A DNA stretch of 64,000 nucleotides from Spongospora subterranea f. sp. subterranea (taxonomy: Eukaryota), in contig JAUGWO010000023.1 of NCBI GenBank assembly GCA_049724395.1, positions 124,001 through 188,000 on the forward strand, written 5' to 3'. Numbering within the stretch: the first letter of the stretch is position 1; every line of letters starts with the position of its first letter. The notes below the pieces were generated by a model, which made no database searches, had not been told where the DNA came from, and was given only the letters and a program-made list of their open reading frames with translations. Both the position numbers and the translations under genes were made by a program. Of the stretch, positions 25,933 through 39,243 are shown one piece after another.

Positions 25933-26284
25933 GATAGCCCGTTGGACCAAGATGACAATTGAGGCGACGAGCCGACGACGCTGCCCCCATAACAACGCAC
26001 CGCAGGTCCGCAGCACAGTCAACTTTATTCCTTGGCCAGCAAACCCTTCACTCCGCAAATTCTTACCGATACCCTACCTATGGTAGTGCATTTTACGATT
26101 GGGCAAAGTCGGGAGTCACGGAGTTTCAAGTTTGATGGAAAGTTTCAAAGTGCACTTTTTTGTGTGACCAAAAATGGCAATGTGCCGGTATTTTTACCAT
26201 ACTTATGTGCCGGGGGGTCGATTATACGTTATTAAAGTTGATACGTTATTTCGTGCCGTACGGTATTTATTTTTCGACGTTTTT

Positions 26285-27935
26285 CAATCAATCACAGCGA
26301 TCTTCTAAAACCTTGTATAGATGTACTGTTTTGACTCGTGATTGGTTGGGGGGATACCTTTCCCTATGGGGTCTGCTCTACTGGCTTCTCTCTACTGCAA
26401 CGGACCGATCTCTAGGGCACTCGGCTGTCGTAGGAATGTGTAGTCGTGGGTATAGCGAGGTGTCACGACACACAGCAACAGGCACATGAGTAGCACTTGC
26501 GCCATCTGGACCAGCGCCTCAGGAAACAGGAAGATCACGTGGGTATGCTTGATTGACGCCCGGTTCTCGGCTAGATTTCTGGGAACGCTCATAATGAATA
26601 AGAAGGTTCAAAAGACTCAACGAATGCGAAAAACCAACATTGAAATACCAGCAATGCCGATCATAGTGGTTAATAATGCCAATAGAAATTTACAGGTCCA
26701 TTGAAAAAACCGCACCAGCTCAGGTCTACCAGTCCTCAAAAAAGACATCGTCTTCAACGCGGGCCTGCTAAGCAACGAAAATCCAACGATATCAATCAGT
26801 ATCAGCGGCAGGAAATGCGAAATATCGTAGCGTTGAAGGAACGAATCTCCCTGCAAATTCCATGATACTATCGCCTAATAGAGGTTCAGCACCCACCGAA
26901 TGGCCAGGGACACCGGTCTTACATGGCAACCTGCGTATGCAGACACAAGCAAACCCATTTGTTTTCGATGTCGGACGGAGATATCGGATAACGACAAAGG
27001 GGCAGTTAACCCATATCCGTAAAGGAACAGGGTCATGGCGCCATATATGCTAGCTCGTGTCAAAAGTGAGACCGCATCGGCAATAAACCAGGAGAAGCCG
27101 GGATACCCCGTCTCGTCATATGTCGACAGATAGTACATCCAGGACAGAAACCCGATTATCATTGAAATCAGCTGTCCAAGGACGATGACGTGCACAATGT
27201 AGACATTTCTTCTATATCGGGCGCAGATGGCAGCGAATATGACCAACATTCCCAAAGTAAACCAGACGGCGATGTTATAGAACGACAGCAAATTCCATAA
27301 ATGGGGAGGGAGGTGCCGGTTTGATGATTTGATCGATACGCTGCCGTCTAGAAGGACAGGACCGATATTCTGGATGTCACAATGCGATAGCAGGAGCATA
27401 TATGAGTTTGGGCCGGTCAAGGCGATCCTTTTCTGGAATCGCAAGCTTGATTTATCGGCGGGGAACACGATCGTCTCTCTGTTGGGATTAACCACATTCG
27501 AAGGCAGCAATAATGTGCCGAGGCGATCACACCGTCCGCCTTTATGCAGCTCATTCAGACAGCAAAATGAGAGCTATATAACGGAAGCCATGTTCATTTG
27601 ACCATTTGAGAGTTCAACGCGCTGATCACCAGCTTACCATACGAGGATATTGAGCGGCGCGTCCAGGAAAAGCATCCAATTCCGGATTAGCAATCAATGT
27701 GAGCTCGATAAACCCTTCACGTCCTAGTTTCGCTTTTGACGTATCTTTTGACATGTCCCTCTTCAACGTCACTAGAAATAAATTTAACCGCTTGAACAGG
27801 AAATAAAATGCGTTTTTGGGTTTACGATCAATATTGATGACAGTTCCATCGTTATCAACAGGTGACGAACTAGCAATAGCAGCAAACCATTGCTGGCGGA
27901 CAGATAGCTCTGATAACTGTAGAATACAGAATTCA
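26285..27935 (-). CDS. Lung seven-transmembrane receptor / GOST family protein (GPR107/TMEM87-like); ends approximate
   Basis: 'YMLLLSHC...SIKSSNRHLP...LLSFY' lumenal-to-TM1 junction, then TM helices with 'YYLSTYDETG' and 'LFLYGYGL'. Confidence 0.7.
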
Positions 27936-28384
27936 TGGTTAGGCGAGTATAGAACGCCGGGTTGGAGGATCCGACCTCGGAACCCTCGTATTTCGCAAAA
28001 TATGAATGCCGAGACCTGACACACATTGGATATAGATAAAACAGTGTATAACGCCAACAGCATGTCATGGATCATATATATGGTCCAGACCCTGAGATAT
28101 ATCAACGGCCTGGTCGGTCGGCTAACGAGGCGATCGGGTCTAGTCTACAGTTGGCTCAGACCTGCGCATATTGGGCTGGGCACATCTCTTGGCCAAGGGT
28201 GCCAACCCAGGTAACCAGGCCGGCTCCAACGTCACTCATTGATTGAACACGCTGCCTGGACTTAGAATGACGATGTCCACAAGGGTAGGTAAAGGGCAAA
28301 CGATGCTTTGCATTTTCAATAAACAAAAAGTTCAACTTGATTATTCTGTGTTCACTGTACTAAAAAATAGATAAAGTGAAATTA

Positions 28385-28600
28385 CACTTTGAGATGCCAC
28401 TCATTGCAGAAATTTTTGGAGTTAATTTTGAGATCTGATCGTCTAATTGTCAAGTATCAATCTGAGAGCGTTCCAGTATTCGAGGTTTTGGTTGACTGTA
28501 GAATTCCGATTTCCGAACTTGCAAGCTTAGATGATACTATCGACAGGAAAAGTCATATCTCACATGATTCGCATTAGGCGACGATAAAGAGCTTGTGTGG
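28385..28600 (+). mobile_element. Degenerate hAT-like transposase fragment
   Basis: 'LELILRSDRLIVKYQSESVPVFEVL' resembles the 'PID.LIVKYQSD.VP.SEV' block recalled from protist hAT transposases. No ends found. Confidence 0.4.
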
Positions 28601-29506
28601 CTGCGACAACGTCTATTTACTGTCAGATTGATTGATGGGCTCATGATGACACCCCAAACTCATAATCGGAGTCCGGCCTGAGATGCTGGTTCCGTTATAC
28701 ACCAACGTTGATGTGAGGCTAACTCCAATAGGGTATGGACATCAAACCCTTGAAACCGATTTTTTGGGGTTCGGTTTATAATTATGCTTTCGAAACCTTG
28801 TCATGAATAGCCACAGAGCGCCACGCCAGACCTAATTGATCACTGCTGCTCTCCAGTCACTCGGGATAGGAATACGTTGGGCTAAACCAGTCAATACATA
28901 TGGGACATTATATCAAATTTCTATCATAACATATCACCGGAAACAGGCTGTTAACATGCATCGGTGTAGATCACAATAAGAGAGCAAATCCAAGCTAAGT
29001 TCGACTTCACATTTTTCGACACGCGGTGAACACCTCCGAACGTCCTGGAATATCCTGCTGTAGAGTGTGCCCCCTTCGCAGATGTTGCACCATCGGTGCT
29101 GCGTGGTCGGCGCTTCTGACACGGTCGACCTCGCGATTGCTTCGGATCGAGCGCGTCGATGTGGCAGCGCTGCTCTCGCCTAATCCTATCCCTTCCTGAT
29201 CACCTGTATTCGTATGGGGGGCGGGACCCGTCGTAATGCCCGCCTGAATCGCAACACAGGGAAGGTCACGTTAATCGCGGGGGGCCACTGGACACGTTTC
29301 GTTTCATGGATGTGGTGAACAGTGGTGATGGTGTCTTGGTCCAGTAATGGGTTGCATCCCTTAGTTGATATCTTAAACAGAACATCAGTCGTGTCCTGCT
29401 TCACACGCTTCCCCATTATCATTAGCCACGGCGGGTCAGGTTGAGTCGAACGGGATTACGCCAGCACCGGCCAAGGGGGCGAGCACGACCCGCTGAACTC
29501 ACTGGC

Positions 29507-30688
29507 ATGGACAACGAGCACGGGCCATGCCTCCAGGCGCTCATCGCTGATTTCCCGATTACGGCGCAAATGGTGGGAGGGAATACCAACGTAGAAGATG
29601 GGATGAATGACCGGGAGTGTCTGAGTCCAATGGCCATCAACAGTGCTCAATGTGGGCCAGGTTATACCATACATGAGGACAAATACATGAATATCAAGGC
29701 AGAAGATGCTCAGCTAGCATCGTTTAGGCCGGAAATGGACTATAATGCTTGGGGAGTATGTTACACCAACAATTATGCTTGCTCAATGTTGCTAATCATG
29801 TCTTGGGTAGATTACGTTGGGAGAACACATTCCAGAGACATATCAAAACCGGACCATTGACAGAAAAGAAATAATGAAGGTATATATGCGCAATTACCGT
29901 CGCAGGTTTGGCTTTCAACATCCTAGCGTAGTCTCTCAAATAACAGTTGCATGTATTATAGACAAAAAACGACACTAGACTCACTTCCGTCCGCAGAGCG
30001 GGAGACGATCTTGCAAAAACAAAGGGAGCGTGTTCGTGAAAGGGTACGGAGGCATAGATTCAGGAAAAAGTTACGCGCATCCGGAGCACAGCCTGCGGAA
30101 ATTGAACGTCAGGTCCAAGAACTACTTCCCCAGCTTACTCAGCAACAGAATGTGCCTGAGAATTATCAGTTCAGTCTTGGTCAGCAACAGAAAGTTCCTC
30201 AGCAACAGATGGCCATCTGTCTAGACATGCCAGTGTCTTTATCATCATTTTCTGGACATCTCGCCCCTGGAGATCTTCGACGACGGCTGCCGGAAGTTTA
30301 CCAGAACACTTCGCCATTTTTAGGAAGTCACTCTGGGCAAGCCCCTGTCCTCGTTGCTCCAGGTCAATTTACGAAATGCGATTTTGAGTTGCAACCACAC
30401 CAAGAAATGCATTTTCAACCGCCAAACCTTAAGCTTTCTGCAGACATGAGAACATCAGAAATGAAACTATCACCGTCGTCGTGGAGCTCTAGCCAAGTCG
30501 GCGTGTTTCTTGATGGGTTGGAACTCAGCCATTTAAAGACTATTTTTGAGCGTCATCACGTCACCGGTATTGGCTTACTCTCACTAACGTCTGGACGGCT
30601 ATGTGAAATGGGAATCGATCATATTGAAATTCAAAAGGAAATTCTCAATGCTATTGATTCATTGAAGCGGGTCTCACTGTTCAATTAA
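29507..30688 (+). CDS. Protein with basic (RERVRRHR) region, Gln-rich linker and C-terminal SAM domain
   Basis: SAM signature 'WSSSQVGVFLDGLELSHLKTIFERHHVTGIGLLSLTSGRLCEMGI...KEILNAI'. Upstream exons joined by GT-AG introns. Confidence 0.7.
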
Positions 30689-30795
30689 GCATTTATCGTA
30701 ATAGAAGCTTATTGTATATAAATATACACGATCGTTTGGAACTGTCAAAAGTGATGCACGTTGTACATAAACTGTCTAATGAGAGACGTGAGAAA

Positions 30796-33700
30796 TCACT
30801 CATCTTCTGTTTCGTCACATGTGTCGTGGGCATCATCAAGTGTTGCAGTATCACTGATAAGATCGTTTGCTTCATCGGCATTTTCTTCATTTTCTTCGCC
30901 CCTTAGTAAAAAGAAACAAATCTCAGAGAGCGAATTACAAACTACGTAAACGTAAAGGTACTGTTGGCTCAAAACTTCAGATTCCTGTTCGTCGTCGGCC
31001 TCTTCGCGCTCTTTTCGAGACCGTTTTTTTTTGTGTTTCTTTTTCTCACCAGCGTTTTTTCCTAACACCTTAGAAACTGAAAACCTGAAGTCAAAAACGG
31101 TAGATCTCTTGAAATGCTCTGCGAGTTGCGGTAGCTTTAATGCAATTCAGCGGGACCTATAAATTTGAAAGATACGCGAACGTTACCTTCAACATATTGA
31201 AGTATTTGATGCAAACATGCTCAAATTGTTCCAGTTGATAAATTACTGGGGGGAGAAGTCTATTCTCGCCAGCAATCATCTCCTTCGTTGAAGATTTTGA
31301 TTCTCCAGGGCATCCATTAGTATCCTGAGCCATTAATAAAAACGGAATGTTATCGGTGTGCTAGCATACCTGTAAGAACTTAAATAGGGAATCTAAAAAA
31401 ACACGGGGATATAATAAATTTCGGTTCCGTTTTTGTCAAATAGTACTCACAGACAGATGGAGTGAGGGTAGAACCGATGAACGTAGCAAGCCCTTGGAAG
31501 CGCCTAGAAACGGGAACTTTGCCAGAAAGTAGAAGTTTCGTTGCAGCAACGGCTAGTTTGAAACTTCGAATCAAAAACGAAAGGGTTTGCTTGAGAGAAT
31601 TGTGATTTTTCAATTTGATGGAAACCAGCTCATTGGTCACCTACCCAACCGTTGTCAAAAACAAGTATAGTAGTGAGGTCATCCCTACCTGTAACGAACG
31701 GTGCAATAGAGAAAAAATGCAGTCTTCACACGAGCGGCTATGGGGCTCTGGAAAAGGTTTGAGAGCACGAGAATTCTCTGCAAGAACAGCACCATGATCA
31801 ACCCTAACAGCACAATAAGATGTTGAGACTAGCCGTAGGCGAACAATTACAATTTGATATGGGAGAAAAGCCATTCTGCCACGGTTATTTCGGCTTCCAT
31901 GATCTGATGCAAGCGAGCGCATAAAGCAGGAACAGTTTGATCACTAACGAAGCCCATCTCCGAAGTAGCTGTAGCTAGCATAATTTCTGAAACGTCTCCC
32001 AAAACTGTAACACAATCCTGTGCAATTCTGATAGGAGACCGTCATGAAAATCAGCAATCCAAAACAATTTGATACCTGTGAAGAAAGTCGTAACATTCTC
32101 GAAAATTGAATATTGAGCACCCATAAGCACCGAGGTCCGCAGCCAATGATGGAACTGTCACATTGTATCTGCAAGCCTGTATCACTTTAAAAAAACCTGA
32201 AGGTGGAGACAAGCGTCATCGTCAACCTCTGAGAACCAGGGCAATCTGGTCTCAAGTTTTTCTTGAAGAAAATGCGAGCAAGATACTATGCAAGACAGAA
32301 GATGTGATGTCTCTTCCTCTAAAACAACAGAGTTATCGCTACAAGACGATAGTAGCATATGCTCCAGCATTTGAACGAACTCAGCAAGGCCAGAGGATCG
32401 CTCATCTTGTCGACAGTCCATATCTTTGATTATTTCATGAACCATACATGATTGAATGAATTGCTCTACAGCTTGTTCACCGAACACAGCAACAGCATCC
32501 AGACAATGGCAAAGCAATCCTAAACTCAACGCAGCAAGTGAAGGTCCTTTATCGGATTGATTTGCTCCAGATGCCGCCGTTGCGGAAGCCAGGTCATGAA
32601 CGCATTGGCGCACAAGAACCGGGGCAATGGAGCAGCAATCGTGTAAAAATGAGTTCCGCTGAGCAACAGTGTTGACCGAGCGAGAGGCGAATGTGATGGC
32701 CTCATCAGCACCAACAAGGACGTAACGTAGAAAGTCTGTTGAAGAAAGGATTTTCGAGCGAACCGTTTGGTCTGGAATGTCAATTGCATATGCACCACCT
32801 TCGACCTGCATGAACGTCTCAGGTAAACAATGTGGATAGTTTCATTGGCTAGAACCGAGAATTTGCCATGTACGGCAGTGAGGATGGATATGAACGAGTG
32901 AAGAGCTCTTGAATCAGGAGTACTCGATGCTTGACCAGGATTATTGCCTTTTGCGTTTGGCTTGTACCTTAGTAAAGGCACTAGTCCTTAAACTCGCATA
33001 AACTTTATGTAACTGAAAAATCTGATTGTCGCATTAGAGAGTTACCCCACCGTCATTGCAATGCAGTTAATCAAACCTGATCTAACGTTTCCGATGTCAA
33101 ATCTGGATGGGTGGCCTATATCGACAAGATTAAATGAGCAGACGCGGAAGAATATACAGCCGACATACAATAATGAAATGAATCAAGGTATCATGAATCT
33201 CCAACCAAAAGAGGCTTGATAGACGTAGGTTGGCGCGAAACACGTTGTCGTCTTCGGCAGGTGTTAGCTGTGAGAGTCTCCTATCTCCGCGGAAATCGAA
33301 AGCGAAATCTTCTAGTACGCATTTGGATAGTTTTCGAAGGACTATATCAACAATATCGTTGCTATGAGCAACCGATTCTTTATTTCCATCGCCTTTTCCA
33401 TCCTCAAGGACACAATGGCAAAAGCACCGAAATAAAGAAGGTAGCGGTTCCATAATGGTTCCCGACTCAATGCAATTATCAAGATGAAAGGGCAATTTCA
33501 CGGCTGCATCTCTTTCTACCATACGGTCAAGATGCTTGCTCAGTAGTCCAAGAATCTGTTCTCGTAAAGTCTGCGATCCCTGACAAAACGACTGTTCCAA
33601 ACGTGAATATAAATGTTTTCGGACAGCAGCTTGCTGAGTTAGTGCTCGATGTAATAACCCTTGGGTTTCAATGAAGAACATTGCATCTGGGGAAGTGGGG

Positions 33701-35708
33701 AATTGAGATGAACTGCTCTGACTAAAAAAACTCTGAGATTGCATTTGCGGCATTTGAGATCGCACCAGGTTTAGAAATCCGTCAACTATCAAATACCATG
33801 TTAAAACGGAAACAAACACTATACGTGCGTCTTACTCGCCATCACGCGGTAATCTATCCGCCGTGAAAAAAGGCTTTTTCGAAGAGTTATCACGAGACCA
33901 GCATGAAGCTCAGAGCAAATGCTCAATACAGGAACCAGACTTTCCACCAACTGAGAGGCTCGATATGCATCCATTGACATCTATGGGATTAGAAAGAAGT
34001 CAAACATTGTCGCGTCCAAATTGAGGCAGCTTACGATGTAGTCAAAGCTGTTGCGTATCTTCAACGTGAACTCCAAGAAATATTTGGGATCCGTGCCGAT
34101 CAATGCTCGTAATAGGATCATTGACGGGCTGATGTTGTGGTCGGACGACAGTGCAGTGTCAGGTGTTGCCCCGTTGTTGTCCGCATTTAATATATTGTAG
34201 AGCAGCTTATCAATGATCGCCGAACGACTAGATCGTTGATGGACGAAAATTTTCGTTAAAAGCCGCAATGATGCCCGGATTGTCATCACATTGGGATTAA
34301 GCATGCGGACGTTGATATCATCGTCGGGAAGAATGTAAAGACAGGATGGGACTGAGGAGCGACCTTTGTCTTGAGCTTGGGATAACAATAGAAACGCCAT
34401 ATCCACCAAAACAGGTATGTAAAAATCCCATCCATATCTGCTATCAGATTCCAATTCGTCTAAAATGAGGTCCGCATCCTTAAACAGCCCAATGCTGCCG
34501 TCGGCAATCAATTGTTTTTTGCTTGCTTGCTGAACCACCCACAGCATAAATTTGGAGTTCGTCGTCGAAGTTTTACACTGATACGACCCCATGATGTAGC
34601 TAATAATGAAATTCCAAATTGGTTTCCGAAACCGATGTAGATCGACCATTGAGAGAAGTACAGCTATCGAAAAAGAGCCGAGGGCAACCTTCCTAGTTTT
34701 AACCAGTTTAATAAAGACGCCTCCAAGTTCTTGGTCTTGTCGAACGGACATTCCAAAATCTTGTATAACCTACAGTTATCATCATTGAATAGACGAAAAG
34801 AAGGGTATTACCGATATTCCTTACGATTGACAAGGCATGCAAGATCGGAGACCGAGCGTGACCAACCACGCCAGTGAAACGGGACAGTACCCTCTGGAAT
34901 GACGAGGTAAATGTGGACAAAATTGCCAAGCGGTATTCCGGCATCTTGATGCATAGAAGAACAAGATTATGAGATGCCGAAGGGATATCCAAAGGATCGC
35001 ATGCAATGATCTCATTTTCAAACTTAGCCAAAACAACAGCCATCATTGACTCATCCAGTTTAATCTCCTGCATTAGCGATAGTATCGGATTCAATGAACA
35101 CCCGGACCATGAGCACCTTGAAAGCCTCGATACAATTCCCTTCAGATATAACATCGGTGTTCGGATCGGACTCATCATAAGAACTTAAGATCAAAGGAGA
35201 GAGAAGTCGTAATACCTGATCGATACACAGAGGTCAAAGAGAAGCCAGTTAACAGTTGTTTCGAATGAGAGCTCACATCTGACGATTTTTGTTGTTCAAA
35301 ACTGTCAATGATCAGTTCAATAGCTTTGCGGAGATAAACTGATTCAATACTACCGAGGCATTCGTTAACAGCTCGCACAACATTGCAGACAACGGGCTCA
35401 GCGCACTGAACAGCGTCAAGGTCACATAGCCACGAAACTATAGGAATAAACAATGCTGTATCTTGCGAAAGGAGTGACGACACAGCCCCGAAACCAGAGG
35501 CGGCAGCCGTTAAAATCGTCGGATCGATAGTCAAAGAAGATTGCTTCATCATAAACAGATAGTTTGAGAAGTGAAGCGATTGAGTGAACTCCTCACTACG
35601 AACCCAAATCTATGATGCTAACCACGCTACAGTTCGCTCTGATCAGGGTAACGACACCAACAGCACTGATGGATCAAGAGCATAACATCAGTACGAGTGC
35701 ACGGCCAT
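30796..35708 (-). CDS. FANCI: Fanconi anemia group I protein (multi-exon); start approximate
   Basis: Long helical-repeat exons. 'SVRQDQELG', 'LATFIGSTLTPSV' and 'HFKRSTVFDFRF' resemble FANCI motifs, followed by a basic/acidic tail. Confidence 0.8.
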
Positions 35709-36884
35709 TGTAACCGGTGATTTACAGGTCAGTCCGACCACAGCCTTTGCGAAGGAAACGAGACTCGACCGGTTATATTGACTGACTACACAATCGCGTT
35801 GTTGCAGGTAACCTAAATGACGGCGTACTGTGTATACGTACTGTGCGGAAAATCCACATTAACGCACTTTCGCTCACAAAAACCCAGTTTTCAAGAATCA
35901 TAGCGCCACCGATGGTCTGTTTTGAAAATGTTTACTCAGGTGGGTAGCGTGATGAACGAAGAACCTGCCAGCTGGAATGCATCATGTTGCCAAAAGCCAT
36001 TGGCCGGCAGCAGTCGATTTCGTATTCTTGGTATGTGAACAGATTAAATTGACGTTTATTCTCCCATTCACGAGCCGCACTTCCCCCCAATCAGCATTTG
36101 TTTTGGCAGATTGAGGTTTCTGAGTCTTCTCTTGAGTTATCTTGAGGAGGCAAAGCACTGAATGTAGTACTCCTTGATCATCAAACGCGGCCGTGCTGAG
36201 ATCACCGAATATGATTTGGTAATCGTTGGCTTTGACGACTTTGTGACTGATGTCGGATACATTTTGGATTGTTCGGCCAAGGGAACTCGCACCATTTGCT
36301 TCAATCAAGTTATTTGAAGCCATATTTGTTATCAAAATCGTCTTCGTGAATAAGAACTCTCAGCTGCGTTGGATTGTCCAACGGATTATGGCCGTTTTTC
36401 TGTAGAACTCCATATGTTTCTACTCCTCGCGATTGATGAAACGAATTTCACAGAAATCAGCATGTTCATACAGACGAATGTTGAGTATATGAAAAGAAGG
36501 AATATTACCGCTACGATATGTCGCATTTGTGACGGCTATTATGCCGAAAATACAGGACTGGTTTGTATCTTTCCCGACCTAATCGTCAAATGACTTCAAA
36601 TGACGCATTCACCAAATGATCAGATCTGAGGTGATCAACCATTTGACTGATTATGGATGAGGTGATTACCGTGATCGGCTGAGCCATATACGTTCAACGA
36701 TCGTGATTGTTTTCATTGCATGCTATTTATCTGAGATTGGGCTATTGTCGTCATCAAGACACACTGCTGCTGAACGCTTTCCTCCAGGGACTATCGATGG
36801 CGGAAAACTGGCCCGATACGCAACCACCCATCACTTCTGTTGGAGGGAAAGGTGGAGGACCTGGTTGATTCTCAACGGAGGACT

Positions 36885-39128
36885 CTAGAATAGATCCCAG
36901 AAATCATTGCTTTCTTCCCCTGGCTCTTCACAACGCACGTCGACGTCAAGATGTTGCATCGACAGCCTCTCAGCACACTCCTTCCCGACCATCCGACAGA
37001 ACTGCTCAATGTTCGGGAAGACATCCACTTCGATTCCCGCCCAGACATATATTGTCACCGCCCTTCCATCTGATTTCTTCTCCACGAAAACGAACACTTT
37101 CGAATCACAGAGGTCCTCGGGACCGAACACCTCGATTTCAGTGAAACTGGGCCATTCGTACAAAATCGGGACGTTAGATTCGCCACACGGTTCCGTTGTA
37201 TTCGCCGCCATACTATCAGATTGATCCGCTTCTTGACCTCGAGAAGTCATCGCCTTCGCCTCTGTTAAATCTTCATCATGTTGGGATTTGCTGAGCATGG
37301 TCATCTGACGTTGTGTCTCAGTAGCGAACCGGTACGAAGACGCTCCACTCGATCGAAAGTTGCGATCATCAGGTAAACGCAGGGCCGTTGACTTCAGAGC
37401 TTGATAATCTGCAGTGAATTCGAGCACATAGCCATCACTGAAAGAATCTCGTTGCCTTTCTGTAAAATGCGACAAGAAACCGTGGGTCTCTTCGCCATCG
37501 TTGATCTCGATAACGTTGTTATGACCTTTTTCATATCGTTGCAACCGAGGTATCAACGTTCTGATTGCGTATGAATGCAGTAGCTTTTGTGATGATGAAC
37601 CAGTCCATACGAACAGGGCCTGTCTCGTATGGAATACGAATACGCCACGACTGTCGATTTTCCCATTCATGTCGACGATCTTGGCAACAACACATGACGG
37701 ATCACGAACAGGAGAGAAACATGTAATGCGATAGGCGACTGATGGGGAATTAATTTCTGGGTTTAGCCGACTGTACCATTGTATCATGGCGACAGAGAAC
37801 CCAATATTCGGGTTAATGATGTCTCGCCTGCTTTTGACGAGCTCGAACGCTGTGTTGAATGGTATTTGGTATTTCAGCATAAGATATGCTATAACCAAAG
37901 TGGCAGAGCGAGATATACCACGATGGCAATGAACCAGAACTTTATGGGCTGGCGAATGAAACGCTTTCTCCATGAACTCGATGACATCATATATTCGGCA
38001 CATGATGTCCTCGTGTTTACTGTCCTCCATCCTCAAGGATAAGTACTTGAACTTCTCTGGAAACATGTTCTGGCAAGCATCAGCGGCAGCGTTGATGATG
38101 TGGGTGATGCCGCGCGATTTGAGATGGGTTAGATCACGCGACACAGTCTGTCCAGAGAGGAACAAGTTCGGTTCGATCAGGCTTGATTGAAAAACGAAAT
38201 GGTCCAGCAACGCCATCTTCTGCTGCTCTTCACTCATACTAGCGCTCATGATCAACGTATCGCATTGAAGTTTCGGTTTTGACGCTGGCGTGCGCGTCTT
38301 TTGAGTCGACATCGGATATTCTCGGGCGATTCCATGCAGGTTTAGCATCAAAATAGACTTTGTACTTTTCGGCTGTGATTTTGCATTTCCAATGAGAGCG
38401 CTGAATGGAACAGAGAGGGCGTCTCCTAGGTCGCAGCAAGATCTGAACACGGGATTCATGGAAAAATCAGCATCATGATTACTCGGCGGGTCGTCGAGTG
38501 GGCAATAGCTGGGGCTAAACCAAATCTTGTCAATGGCCTCTAACTGCGATTCCGAACTTCTTAACGCGAATGCCAGCTGAAACCCATGGCTGTCGGCCAT
38601 CGCCTTGATGGTAGCGCTGGCGTTTTTGCCAGACCATACATAAACCCGATAGTCAATGGCCATGGACCTGTTGGCGATATGCAGAGTCCGGTCGATGACG
38701 TTCAATGGGACAGTGATATCCTGCATGTTCAGACAAGACAAACCCGACGAGCATATACCGGCAGCCTGGTCCGAAAGCAGAACCGGACCCAGCAAACGAG
38801 CGCGAAGTATTATCGGATCATATAAGCGAAGCAAGAGAATAGCATCGTCACCATCAAAACTAGCCAAGTTCTGCAGAGCGATAGATTCGACAACAGAACC
38901 TGCACTAAATCTCCAGGCGAGAAACAGATTGGCGTGCACGTATGGTCCTTCTCGTTGCACATATGGGGGTAAAGACTTCCTGGTTAATGAGCCTAGCAGG
39001 CCGTCTAGCGCGATTGGGTGTTGCGGCGATGACAGCCTATTCCCCATTAAAGTTGAAAAAGACCTGATCGATCGAGGGATTGGGCATGAGATCAACACTT
39101 TTCGTGTGACTACATTCACGTAAGCCAA
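36885..39128 (-). CDS. Dual-specificity protein phosphatase with gelsolin-like repeats (plant MKP1-like), single ORF
   Basis: Active site VLVHCHRGISRSATLVIAYLM and 'INPNIGF'. Gelsolin-like segments 'IDSRGVFVF...LFVWTG' and 'DLCDSKVFV...IYVWAG...EEPGEESNDFW'. Real start may be the internal ATG (MGNRLS). Confidence 0.88.
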   Translation of the reverse strand: MAYVNVVTRKVLISCPIPRSIRSFSTLMGNRLSSPQHPIALDGLLGSLTRKSLPPYVQREGPYVHANLFLAWRFSAGSVVESIALQNLASFDGDDAILLLRLYDPIILRARLLGPVLLSDQAAGICSSGLSCLNMQDITVPLNVIDRTLHIANRSMAIDYRVYVWSGKNASATIKAMADSHGFQLAFALRSSESQLEAIDKIWFSPSYCPLDDPPSNHDADFSMNPVFRSCCDLGDALSVPFSALIGNAKSQPKSTKSILMLNLHGIAREYPMSTQKTRTPASKPKLQCDTLIMSASMSEEQQKMALLDHFVFQSSLIEPNLFLSGQTVSRDLTHLKSRGITHIINAAADACQNMFPEKFKYLSLRMEDSKHEDIMCRIYDVIEFMEKAFHSPAHKVLVHCHRGISRSATLVIAYLMLKYQIPFNTAFELVKSRRDIINPNIGFSVAMIQWYSRLNPEINSPSVAYRITCFSPVRDPSCVVAKIVDMNGKIDSRGVFVFHTRQALFVWTGSSSQKLLHSYAIRTLIPRLQRYEKGHNNVIEINDGEETHGFLSHFTERQRDSFSDGYVLEFTADYQALKSTALRLPDDRNFRSSGASSYRFATETQRQMTMLSKSQHDEDLTEAKAMTSRGQEADQSDSMAANTTEPCGESNVPILYEWPSFTEIEVFGPEDLCDSKVFVFVEKKSDGRAVTIYVWAGIEVDVFPNIEQFCRMVGKECAERLSMQHLDVDVRCEEPGEESNDFWDLF

Positions 39129-39243
39129 TGATCAATTTCTGTAACGGTTGTACAATTACGATTATAGACCAGTCGAATCATCATAATAAACTTCGGTGTT
39201 GCTCAATTCTGTAATAAATAATAACAAGTTCAGCAGCCAGCTA

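Larger units (their letters stand above)
23133..26263 (-). mobile_element. pogo-family (Tc1/mariner-IS630 group) DNA transposon with both ends intact, 3131 bp, TA target-site duplication, carrying an OTU protease ORF
   Basis: Left TIR 23133-23160 CCGTACGGCACAAAATAACGTATCAACT; right TIR 26236-26263 is its reverse complement with one mismatch. TA at 23131-32 and 26264-65. Internal DDE_1 transposase. Confidence 0.93.

Noticed and set aside
28934..29422. Minus-strand ORFs divergent from the SAM gene
   Set aside because: May be a small hypothetical gene, but no family evidence is visible.
36590..36700. Cluster of TGAT/CTGA motifs suggesting a C/D snoRNA
   Set aside because: No canonical RUGAUGA box C with terminal stem or rRNA guide could be identified.
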